DNA of 64,000 nt from Octopus vulgaris. Taxonomy: Eukaryota. The notes beneath the pieces are model-generated. The model had not been told where the DNA came from, made no database searches, and saw only the letters and a list, made by a program, of their open reading frames with translations. Shown piece by piece: positions 1 to 11,044 of the stretch (its first letter is position 1; every line of letters begins with the position of its first letter). The stretch is taken from assembly GCA_951406725.2 (NCBI GenBank), contig OX597834.1:3906001-3970000 (forward strand), in the 5' to 3' direction. The position numbers and the translations under genes are program-made.

Positions 1-310
1 TATCTCCTGCTACTATCACCACCACCACCACAACCACCACCACCAACACCACCACCACAACCACCACCACCACCATCGCAGTCGCCGCCGCAACTGCGTA
101 TTGTCACCAACAGCAGTTTTGATCACTAATATCACCCAATGACACCACAACAATCACAGCCACAACCGCTCTCTTGTTACGACTACTAACACCTCAAATG
201 TACATCGCTGCTATCACTATCACCACCACAACCACCACCACCACCACCACCATCATGATCATGACTATATCTCTTATTATCATAACTATTACTGTGACCA
301 CCACCACCAT
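1..310. repeat. (ACC)n/(ATC)n degenerate trinucleotide microsatellite
   Basis: Runs of accaccacc/acaacc/atcatg; explains the poly-Thr ORF 174..380. Confidence 0.9.
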
Positions 311-419
311 CGGGATTAAAATAATCATAATCCTCTTTCGCAAGTGTTCACACTTTCACATCACGAGGAGCAAACATTAGTCTTGAAGTAAGAAGGGAAA
401 TCCGCATCAAATCACAAAA

Positions 420-811
420 CTAGCAGTATTACCCGGCGTTGCTCGGGCTTGTTTCGACCCTTGAGAATTGAAATTTTTGAAAAGTAAAAATTTTGCATTA
501 TGTAGCTTGTTATTCTCTTTAAGTGAACATTTTTCTGGTTGAAATACACCGAGAAATGGCGACACAGCAGTCAAAAAATCGTAAAAGATAGGGATTTTCA
601 TAGAAAAAAAAAAGCACCTTTTTGATGTAAATAATTTTTGGTGTTAACATGGTCCGATTTGAATTTTTTTCTTCTACAGAAGGAAGAGCAAACCTTCTTC
701 TATCATACTTTCAATTTTGGTCAACTTGCGTCGCAGGGTCTTGGAGGAGATAGTGTTGGTTGAAGGCTACCAAACCTGTCACACACAGACAACTTCAGCT
801 TTATGTATAGA
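420..811 (-). mobile_element. Non-autonomous Helitron-like element
   Basis: Minus strand starts TCTATACATAAAG, has subterminal hairpin CCCGAGCAACGCCGGG and ends CTAG|T; near-identical to 1124-1525. Confidence 0.8.
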
Positions 812-1123
812 GAGAGATTAGTGATACGTTGCATCATGTAATGCTATAAATATTATACTTTGAAATATATGCTGTGTGGTTGTGGTTGGAATACTTTTAA
901 ACATTGCTCTTGAACCTGGGTTGAACAGTAGCAACAACAATACTTATGAGAGCCACTTCGTTCCTCTGAGTTTTTCTTTGATGAAGAAATAGCACGCGTG
1001 TCTCTGTGTATTTTGATGAGAGATCTGTGTATATACAGGTATATACATAAGTGTGTGTATGCGTGTGTGTGTGTGTATGTGTGTGTGGGCGTATCTATGC
1101 ATATATATATATATATACATCTC

Positions 1124-1525
1124 TCTATATATAAAATCTCTATATAAATCTGAAGTTGTCTGTGTGTGGCAGGTTTGGTAGCCTTCAACTAACACTATCT
1201 CCTCCGAGACCCTACAGCGCAAGTTGACCAAAATTGAGAGTAGGATAGAAGAAGGCTTGCTCTTCCTTCTGTCGAAGAAAAAATTCAAATCGGACCATGT
1301 TAACACCAAAAATTATTTACATCAAAAAGGTGCTTTTTTTTCTATGAAAATCCCTATTTTTTACGATTTTTTTACTGCTGTGTCGCCATTTTTCGGTGGA
1401 TTTCAACCAGAAAAATGTTCATTTAAAGAGAATAACAAGCGACATAATGCAAAATTTTTACTTTTCAAAAATTCCAATTCTAAAGGGTCGAAACAAACCC
1501 GAGCAACGCCGGGCGATACTGCTAG
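1124..1525 (+). mobile_element. Non-autonomous Helitron-like element
   Basis: 5' TCTATATATAAA, 3' hairpin CCCGAGCAACGCCGGG then CTAG|T at 1522-1526. Confidence 0.8.
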
Positions 1526-1570
1526 TATATATGTTTCGACCCTTTAGAATTGGAATTTTTGAGAAGTAAA

Positions 1571-1613
<43 letters not shown>

Positions 1614-1616
<3 letters not shown>

Positions 1617-1740
1617 CGTATATTTGCCATTTGAATATGGCTAACCCCTAAGGGTAGATGCTACTGTAGTTTGTAGCCCCAGGAAGACATTTCCTCTAGC
1701 TGGCTATAGACACACTTTCTGTGCCCTATCAGTATTTGTG
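1614..1740. mobile_element. Truncated MITE related to 52498-52685
   Basis: Shares gccat..aatatggctaacc..aagggt.gatgctactgtag..tgtagccccagga...cacactttctg with the 52.5 kb MITE. Confidence 0.6.
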
Positions 1741-2213
1741 AAGGGAAGTCATCCTCCCCGTCTTCAACACATGATACACACGGAGTCGAGTTTCAAGGTA
1801 TTATATATATATATATATATAAGAGAGAGAGAGAGAGAGAGATGCCTGGATTACTGTTTTCACGTGTATGAGTGTCACAGTAATATTTTTAAAAAACATT
1901 TAGATGGGGTTAGAAGTTTCACTTTATAGCTATGTGACTAAGGGTTCAGTCAAACTGTGCCTGCACCTTGGGGTCTTCTGCAAAAGCCTCAAGCCAACCA
2001 AGTGGTTCGTAAATTTGTTAGATGAAAACTGATTTTTTTTTCCCTCTCATTTTGTTTATTCCATTTTCTCTTTCTCCCTCTTCTTTTTTTTTTTTTTCTT
2101 TCTTCGCTCATGTTTTTGCTGTCATCGGTTTTGGATTTATATTTTAATGTGGCTTTGTATTATATATATATATATATATATATGTATCATATACATACGA
2201 GTTATATATGTAA

Positions 2214-2595
2214 CTAGCAATATCGCCCGGCGTTGCTCGGGTTTGTAAGGGAACTAACTATATAAGCATTTTTAGAGAGTTATAGCCAAAAATAGCAAAA
2301 AAATGCATTAAAAATGGAAAAAAAAGATGGTAAATTTTTTTTAAATCGTTGACTCATCGTAGACATTTTTAGAGAGTTACTTCCCTTATATAATAGCGAA
2401 AAAAATGCATTAAAATGGAAAAAAATGATGGTAAATGTTTTTTAAATCGTAGACTAATCGTAGACTCATCGTAGACGCGCGCTAATACCCAGAAGGGTAT
2501 ACCCGGTTTTGGTTAAACTGCACCGCAAAATGTGGGAGTAGTTAGGGATCTAAATCGTAGGAGACAGACACACAACTTGACTTTTATATATATAT
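2214..2595 (-). mobile_element. Non-autonomous Helitron-like element (second subfamily)
   Basis: ctagcaatatcgcccggcgttgctcggg 3' end on minus; internal similarity to 20808-21195. Confidence 0.75.
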
Positions 2596-2844
2596 ATATG
2601 TATCATATACATACGAGTGATATATGTAATTATTAAATTCAACATATTGTATTCGAAGAATCGAAATAAAGTGCTACCATTTAGCCAAATATAAAAAAAA
2701 AAGAAAGAAAAATTAATAACAGATGTTAGGTGATACTCCATGAAATAAACAGTTTTTGTAGATATTTTGTAGGCAAAACAAAAAAAGAAGAGAAAGAGAA
2801 ACTGGCTAAAAAACCATCATGTGTATGGCTTTTACTTTAATCTT

Positions 2845-3300
2845 TTATCTTTTACTTGTTTCAGTCATTTTTTACTGCGGCCATGCTGGGGCACTGCTTC
2901 GAAGAATTTTTAGTCGAACGAATCGACTTCGGTACATTTTTCAATTCCCTTTTTAAAGTCAGGTACTTATTCTGTCGATCTCTTTTGCCGGATTGCTAGG
3001 CTACGGAGACGCAAACACTCCAACAACGATTATCAAGCGGTGGTGGGAGGACAAACACAGACACAATGGCACACCCACTTACACACGCACACACACACAT
3101 ACACACTCACACACACACACACACACATACACTCACACACACACATACACACACACACTCGAAAGGCTTCACGCAGTTTCCGTCTACCAAATCCACTCAC
3201 AAGGCTTTGCTCGGTCTCAGGCTATAATAGAAGATACTTGCTCAAAGTGACACGTAGTGGGATTGAACCCAAAACCATGTGGTTGGAAATAAAATTCTTG
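2845..3300 (-). mobile_element. tRNA-derived SINE family A (diverged)
   Basis: Reverse complement of the ggcgcaggagtggctgtgtgg...gactgaaacaagtaaaag family with internal (CA)n. Confidence 0.8.
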
Positions 3301-3514
3301 CAACACATCCACATACATAATTATATATACATACTTGGCAATGGATGCGTGGCGTTCAATTAAATAATAATATAAATATTAAATAGATTCGTTATTGCTG
3401 TCTGGGAGATATCTTATGGTAGAGAAATAACCCATTTCATTGATTATGTTCGATTACTTTTGCATACAATATCACTTTTATACTTTATTTGACACGTGAG
3501 TAGAACACATGTCT

Positions 3515-4226
3515 GGAAACCTTGTGATATACTTAGATTGTTGAAAAAAATCGATAACAGGGCCCCTCCAATGGATCCTTCTATCTACTACATATTACTA
3601 ATATTTTATTTAAACAACCCAAGGGAAATAACCTATACCACCTGCAGATTTTAGTGAAGTGATCGATATTTGATTCTCTCAATCAGCCGACCTAGTTCTG
3701 CATTTCACTATTCACAGTTTTGAACTGTAAAACATTATTATTGCACTTCCTTAATTTCAATCTTAAACATTAAAGACTTCATTCATATATTTCTGTACAT
3801 ACATACTTTTTTGAATGCTCATTACTCCGATAAAATCTGCGTTTTCCATGACAGTAGATAATTTTTTTTATTCCACAACGTATTTATAGTGGCTTCATGT
3901 AGACATAGCGTGGATTCGATCCTCGATTGCCAAATTTCACTTTATACTTCAATGGCGCTCTTCTCACGGTAAAACAATAGTTTTTTTCTGTGAACAACAG
4001 CTGATATACATTTCCCAGGTACCTTCGCTAAGCAGGATATTGTATTGCCTCTCGCCAACTTCCAACAATTTCTCCCTCCTCCAGCGGAAAGTTTTTTGTA
4101 CCTTTTCGTGACGGAAAATATACCTTTTGTAGCAGATATAAAAAAAAATTGCTTTCTTATATCAGAGTAATAAGACGTTTCAATAGAACATCTTTACTCC
4201 CGGGAATTACAGGGTACACAAGCTAG
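3515..4226 (+). mobile_element. Helitron-like element (third subfamily), 5'-truncated
   Basis: 3515-3745 matches 6595-6820; ends ccgggaattacagggtacacaagCTAG|T. Confidence 0.55.
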
Positions 4227-4590
4227 TATATATACATACACACACACACATATATATATGTGTGTATGTGTGTGTGTGTGTGTGTGTGTGTATGCATGTA
4301 TTTGTCTATGTATATATATGTATATGTATATTTATGTATATATATATGTATATATATATATATATCTATATATATATATATAAATATGTATATATGTATA
4401 TATATATATATACATATACACATATCTATGTATATATATGTATGCATGTATATATATGTACATATATATGAATGTATATAGATGTATATATACAGATGTA
4501 TATTTAAAGATGTATATGTGTATATGTATATATACAAATGTATATATATAGACTTATATTTACATATATATAGATCTATATGTATATGTT
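4227..4590. repeat. Compound (TA)n/(TG)n microsatellite
   Basis: Direct inspection. Confidence 0.95.
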
Positions 4591-4595
4591 AATAT

Positions 4596-5966
4596 TGTTA
4601 TATTTCGGAATGGTCATTTTGCCAGTTTAGCCAATAAAACACACGCACTATATATTTGGTGTTATTTTGCTTCAGTGTTATTTATTTTTTACATTAATCT
4701 TGATCTTATTTCGACCAGAGTTCTTTCGTCACACTCCTGTGACCGCATCAGTGGTCCTTTGTTTTCTTCTTTCTTATTTGTGTCTCTCCTTACTAACCGT
4801 CAGCCATTTTGTATTTCTATTGTATGTCTTCATTTGTGCATGCCTATATCTCTATGTGCGTCTATGTTTATTTAGTGTGGGGGGGGTTCCTGTAATATTT
4901 GTATCTTCTGTTTATATACGTTCATGTCATTTGTTTTTGTTGTTGTTTTTGTTTATTCTTATTTTGTTCATGTGTTTACATCCACTTATTATTATCATTG
5001 CATATGCTTGTATGTATGTATGTATGTATGTATGTATGTATGTATGTATGTATGTATGTATGTATAACAACAATACTAGTAATAATAATAATAAATCGAA
5101 AAAAATCTTAGATAGTTATTTATTTCTATTTGTTTCTTTATCTGTGTATTTATTATGTTTCCGGGATCATCTACCGTCATATGTTGTGGTGTGTGCTAGT
5201 GTTCCATTCTAGTTTCCTATTCAGGCTAGGTTTATTTTCTATTATGTGTGTAGCTTCTGTAATTTGTCTGATTGTTGCATCTGCTCTATGTGTGAACAAT
5301 ATTTTAATTTCTATGTTGTTGATTGATCCCCCGTGTTCCTGTTCGGTGTGTTGGTACAGAATCGATGAGCTTTTACCTTCCTTGAGTTGTCTCCAATGCT
5401 CATTTACCCGCTCTCCTATGCTTCTTGCCGTTTCCCCTACGTGCATCGTTGTCTTGTTACTGCATCGTCCTTCTATACATCTTATACTATAGACTACATT
5501 TCTGGCTTTACAGTTTGTTTGTGGACTAAATCTACATATAGTACACTACTTATCCGTACAGGGAGTTCTACTAAAAGGATAGGTTCTACCAATTATAGAT
5601 TTGATAGGGTTGCCTGGCTTTTCAACAACCTTAATCCTTAGCTTAAGTTTATCTAGGGTCCATCTAAAGCGGTACGCCAGTTCACCTCCAGGGGTGGTGT
5701 CAACGAACATGACACTCTGGTATTTATGGCTATCATACCAAGAGTTGGCCTTCGCTATTTTCTTTTTGTCCTTTCTATAGTTTTTTGCCGAAATAAGATT
5801 AAGATTAATGTAAAAAATAAATAACACTGAAGCAAAAAATAACACCAAATATATAGTGCGTGTGTTTTTATTGGCTAAACTGGCAAAATGACCATTCCGA
5901 AATATAACAATATCAGTTTCAACACACGACTTCACATAAAAAATCTTGCACAACAAATATATAAAC
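4596..5966 (-). mobile_element. 5'-truncated Penelope-like retroelement (GIY-YIG endonuclease remnant) with inverted terminal arms
   Basis: Minus translations VMFVDTTPGGELA..IKVVEKPG.., NCKARNVVYSI.., HVGETARSIGERVNEH..ILYQHTEQEHG..RQITEA..KPSLNRKLEW match the PLE GIY-YIG domain; inverted repeats 4592-4713 and 5789-5913; gtatatgttaatat repeated directly at 4582-4595 and 5967-5980. Confidence 0.85.
4713..4756 (-). ncRNA. Minimal type-I hammerhead ribozyme variant (PLE 3' region)
   Basis: GACCA CUGAUGC G GUCAC aggagu GUGAC GAAA GAAC UC^ UGGUC: stem I 5 bp, stem II 5 bp, GAAA, NUH = CUC; core position A9 is C. Confidence 0.6.
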
Positions 5967-5976
5967 GTATATGTTA

Positions 5977-6033
<57 letters not shown>

Positions 6034-6091
6034 TACCGTTGGCGAATTTTTTCCCTCCGTCTTCCCTTCTTTGGATCTTTCCTTTTCTTAT

Positions 6092-6126
6092 GTTTCTGAA
6101 GAAGAGCTCCACTCGAAACGTTAAAC
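6092..6126 (+). ncRNA. Minimal type-I hammerhead ribozyme motif in a ~175-bp element (6030-6205)
   Basis: GUUU CUGAAGA A GAG cucca CUC GAAA CG UU AAAC; stem III reduced to palindrome AACGUU. Confidence 0.6.
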
Positions 6127-6204
6127 CCTCCTTCTTTCCTGAGCGTCCAATAATACTATATTTGTTCCACGTCCTCGCGTTGTTGTGTTTTCATGTTTGG
6201 ATTA

Positions 6205-6480
6205 ACTATATATATATACATATATATACATATATATATATGTATATATATACTTATATATATGTACACATATATATATGTATATATACATATACATGTA
6301 TATGTATATATACAGTTATATATATGTATGTATGTATATATATATGTATATATATGTATATATATATGCATATATATATATATGTGTGTGTATATACATG
6401 TATATATATTTATATATATGTATATATATATATGTGTGTGTGTGTGTGTATACGTACATATGTATATTTTTATATGTTAA
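6205..6480. repeat. (TA)n/(TG)n compound microsatellite
   Basis: Direct inspection. Confidence 0.95.
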
Positions 6481-6820
6481 TCTACTAGATATGTGGAAAA
6501 TCAGTGTGTGTTTGTTTGTGGCGTTGTTAGCTGACTCCTCCTACATCGTTTTATTGATTTTGATGAAACTTGACATGCGAATAGAACTCCTGTCTGGAAA
6601 CCACGTGATATATTAGATTGTTGAAAAAATCGACAATAGGGCCCTTACAATGGATCCTTCTATCTACTACATACTATTTACATTTTATTTAAACAATCCA
6701 AGGGAAAGAACCCGTACCAACTGCAGATTTTAGTGAAGCGATTAGTATTTGATTCTCTCGATCAGCCAACCTAATTCTACATTTCACTACTCAAAGTTTT
6801 GAACTGCTAAACATTATTAT
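6481..6820 (+). mobile_element. Helitron-like element, 5' portion
   Basis: Begins TCTACTAGATAT followed by gtgtgtgtttgtttgt; 6595-6820 homologous to 3515-3745. Confidence 0.55.
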
Positions 6821-6937
6821 TGAACATATCTCTCCACCTCTTAGACAGATCATATTCAGTGTTAGTACCGCCGAATTATGTTCAATTATTCCAGTACCTT
6901 CGAATTTAATATTTTTAATATTTAGTATTGTTGGAGT

Positions 6938-7021
6938 CCCATGCTGATGAAGAAAATGGTTGGGTAAAGTATAATTCTATATTCTTTATACTGATCTAAT
7001 TCCGAAACGCGCGTCCATGGG
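6938..7021 (+). ncRNA. Type-I hammerhead ribozyme with canonical core
   Basis: CCCAUG CUGAUGA [~50-nt stem II region] GAAA CGCGCG UC^ CAUGGG: perfect 6-bp stem I, GUC triplet, palindromic stem III. Confidence 0.8.
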
Positions 7022-7282
7022 TGACCAGATATAGATTGATTTTCATTATTTTTTCTCTCTGCCTGTGTGGATTGTTTTCAAGTATTTTGGTTTTCCTGGG
7101 AGTCCCTTTTTAAAGTAGAAGAAATAGCTAAGGTGTTTTTGGCTGCTATTTCTAAACTTCGGCATGTGGTAAAGCAAATCTTTGTTGAACCCTAATTATA
7201 GTTTACCGTGAAATGGTCCTTTTTCATGCCGAATTCTACTTGGTGAAATTATTGATTACTTCTTAATTAATTTTACCCTTTG

Positions 7283-7376
<94 letters not shown>

Positions 7377-7938
7377 TGTATGTATATAGATACAGGCATC
7401 GATATGCAACCCCATTACAGAACCAATAAATTAAATGATCAATTAATTAGTCAGTTAACAGATTGATTTAATAAAGGACCTAAATTTTTTAGTTTGTTAT
7501 TCTAATTATAGACCTTAAGAATCCAGAATTACCTCCCTTCATTCTATTTATAGTGTAAAACCACCCCACCCACACCTCTTAGATATAAAATTAAAAGTAA
7601 TTAACTGAATAAATAGACGGATAAATATTTTAAAGGACTGGATGACTGATTGGTTAATTAATTAAGTGGAATTCGCATGTGGAAACTGAAGGAAGACTGT
7701 CGTATATATGTGTATATTTCTGTGTGTGTGCCTCTGTGTGTGTGTGTGTGTGAGTGTGTGTGTGTGCGTGTGTGTGTGTCTGTGTGTGTGTATTCCTCAT
7801 TTATATACCTTTTCATTCCTACATAACTACAAAAATCTTAAGATAGATTGATTATTTAAATTCCACTCATTATTTCTTTCGATAATTTTCTCTTCCCCCT
7901 GTTTATACTTTACCTAACAAGAATAATATAATACGCCC

Positions 7939-7939
<1 letters not shown>

Positions 7940-7989
<50 letters not shown>

Positions 7990-8018
7990 TAATTATAATA
8001 ATAATAATATTGATAATG

Positions 8019-8058
<40 letters not shown>

Positions 8059-8099
8059 TAATAATAATATTGTTAATGATAATAATAATAATAATAATG

Positions 8100-8151
<52 letters not shown>

Positions 8152-8171
8152 TAATAATAATATTGATAATG

Positions 8172-8216
<45 letters not shown>
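7940..8216. repeat. (AAT)n microsatellite, ~275 bp
   Basis: Direct inspection; source of the poly-Ile, poly-Leu and poly-Tyr ORFs. Confidence 0.95.
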
Positions 8217-8217
<1 letters not shown>

Positions 8218-8412
8218 TAGATTCCTTTGTATACATATACATATATATAAATGTATAGATATGTATTTATGTATATATATGTATATGTATGTATATGTAA
8301 AAGTGTGTATATATGTATGTATTTATATTTGAACCTTATGAACTTTCTAAACTCTCTGACGAAGCCCAGAGGCACACCCAAGTACGTTAATCTTGTCTAC
8401 CAAATACTTCAG

Positions 8413-8475
8413 TTCACTGAAGGGATGGAAGTAAAGTGGTGTACTTTCACCTCTTGGCTGAAACAGCTGTAAGAA
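8413..8475 (+). ncRNA. Degenerate type-I hammerhead ribozyme motif
   Basis: UUCA CUGAAGG ... GAAA CAGCUG UA^ AGAA; palindromic stem III, GUA triplet, imperfect stems. Confidence 0.5.
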
Positions 8476-8726
8476 ATTATTGTACTTTCTATATCTTTAT
8501 ATATCTTAATAATTACTGGTATTTTTTTTATATATGCAAAGCATAATGTTATACATGTATGTATATTGTTTTGTTTTTTTAATAAATAAATAGACATAAT
8601 ATAATGTCTAAAAGTTGATGACTACCACCTCTTGATCCCCTCCATTTTCTTATTGCCGTATATACGTACGTATGTATGTATGTATGTATGTATGTATGTA
8701 TGTATGTATGTATGTATGTGTATGTG

Positions 8727-8761
<35 letters not shown>

Positions 8762-8814
8762 ACAATATATACATGTATATATATGTGTGTGTATATGTGT
8801 GTGTGTGGGGGGGG

Positions 8815-9005
8815 GGGTGTACTCCCACCATCGCTTGACAACCGATGTTGCTGTGTTTATGTCCCCTTAATCAAGCCGTTTGGCAAAACACACTGATACA
8901 ATAAGTACTAAGCTTACAAAGAATAAATCCTGGCGTCGATTTTTTCGACTAAAATTGGTGCTCCAGCATGGCTGCAGACACATGACCGAAGCAATTAAAA
9001 CAATA
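8815..9005 (+). mobile_element. SINE family A, 3' half
   Basis: ccaccatcgcttgacaaccgatg...ctccagcatggc...gaccgaagcaa. Confidence 0.75.
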
Positions 9006-9103
9006 AAAAAAAAACTCTGCTATTTGAACTCTGAGCAACGCCGGGTATCTCTGCTAGTAACTTCTAAACGTTCAAAGTAAAACGTGTTCTGTGTGAATAA
9101 TTG

Positions 9104-9507
9104 CGGATCTTTTCGGTTTGACCGGCAGTTTTTTAAAATAATTTCCACGTAACTAAACACTTTTAAACTTCGTATACTGGTAGAATGTGTTTATAAAACA
9201 TCTTTCTCTCTTGGCTTTATTGAGAAAATTCTATAGTTTGTAAGATATTTGTTGTTTTGTTTTTTTTTTTTCAATTTCTGCAATTTCAACCAATCAATGA
9301 CCTCTGTTGAGGTGAAAACATTCTGTCCCTCGTTTAAGAAACAGATTTGGTTTATTTACATTTGTGAAGAAAAAAAGATATCCTTCCCCCCACCTCTAAC
9401 CCTAAAACACATTGAAATGCAATAGATCGATACTAGGGTTATAATTATGGGTGACAATTTCATATGACACCGCTAGAAAAAACTGTCGTTCAAACCGAAA
9501 AGATCCG
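9104..9507. mobile_element. MITE with ~30-bp terminal inverted repeats
   Basis: cggatcttttcggtttgaccggcagttttt ... aaaaactgtcgttcaaaccgaaaagatccg; both flanks contain aattgc (possible TSD). Confidence 0.8.
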
Positions 9508-10232
9508 AAATTGCATTAGTATAAGAAAGTTTCAAACTGTTTAGCTAAAAAAAAAAAAGGGTTTATTAAAAAATCTGGGAGCCAAACTGAACAGATCCCT
9601 ATTCGCCACTTTTTAACTGTTAAATCCGAAAGGTAATTGTGAAATCCCGTTAATCTAACTTAAGTTATCTAACTTCCGTACCGACAAGGGAGGCAACTAT
9701 CAGTACGCTGTGAATGATTATGCCCCTTTAATGATGCCTGTGTAAGAAACTCCACTTTTAGTTCCAACATTCCATGCTGTTATAATAATGAAATTGTTGT
9801 ATACAGTGCTCAGGTGCACTGTATTTCTTGCTATATTCTCAACTGCAATTAAATGATTTTATTTGTGATTTGAATTCTAGATGAATAAATGCAAAATTTC
9901 CAAATAAATTTTTATTATTATTCTAAATATATAAACGAAGGTTTCACGTGGCTGTCAACCTTTTTTGATAAATCGAATTTTAATTCTTCAGTTATGGTCA
10001 AATATTTTCTTAAAATATCTTTTTTTTAGAAACGCAAAAAGATTTTGCATTTGTTAGAATTCATTGAAATCAGGTATTTTGTTATACTTTATCAAATTTA
10101 TAGGGTTTCTTCATAATCATTATTTGTTGCTCCAAAACTGAAATTGTAATTCAACACATATTTAAAAACCTCAATTTCTGGATACTAAAGAAAAGCCACG
10201 ATTTCTTCAGCACAAATCAAAATGTATGTATG

Positions 10233-10263
<31 letters not shown>

Positions 10264-10801
10264 ATTTAAATTTAAATGTTGAAGTGAATCTAACGGTTTT
10301 TGTGTTTCTTAAATGGCTTATAAACACCTGCCACGCTGCAATTGTTTTCGTTCCAGCACACGATCTGAGATCAGGTCACTTGCTATGCAAGTACATCTCC
10401 GTAATATATATATTACTTTCCTGAATAAATAGACGGATAAATTTTTTAAAGGACTTAATGACTGATTGGTTAATTAATTAAGTGGATTTCGTATGTGGAA
10501 ACTGAAGGAAGACTGTCGTATATATGTGTATAAATATATATATGTAAGTTTATAAATGTTGGAATTCATATCTTTTACTAGTTTCAAAATAACCAGCGTT
10601 ACTTTTGCTGACCTAGCAGAGATAAGATGATATTGTTGTTCACTGAAATTTTTCTCCAGTGTTCCTGTAATCATTTTGTGACTATTCCGTGGCATAGAAG
10701 TATTTTTGACATCTATTTTTAGCGATACAGGTGCTCAGGTTTGTTTGTGTGTGTGTGTATACAGACCAGAGTGTACGGACGCCGCTATATATATGTGTGT
10801 T

Positions 10802-11026
10802 AGCTGGCAGAATCGTTAGCACGCCGGGCGAAATGCTTTGCGGTATTTCGTCTGCCGCTACGTTCTGAGTTCAAATTCCGCCGAGGTCGACTTTGCCTTT
10901 CATCCTTTCGGGGTCGATTAAATAAGTACCAGTTACGCACTGGGATCGATATAATCGACTTAATCTGTTTGTCTGTCCTTGTTTGTCCCCTCTATGTTTA
11001 GCCCCTTGTGGGTAATAAAGAAATAG
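10802..11026 (+). mobile_element. tRNA-derived SINE family B
   Basis: agctggcagaatcgttagc (A-box-like), gagttcaaattcc (B box), tail tagccccttgtgggtaataaagaaatag. Confidence 0.85.
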
Positions 11027-11044
11027 CTATATATATATGTGTGT

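Noticed and set aside
3395-3440. HHR-like string ctgggagatatcttatggtagagaaa
   Set aside because: Core and stem I too degenerate; no clear NUH site.
4223-8896. Many ORFs rich in YI, CV, HT, poly-I, poly-L or poly-Y
   Set aside because: Translations of (TA)n, (TG)n and (AAT)n microsatellites; the same applies at 32.0, 44.4 and 52.7 kb.
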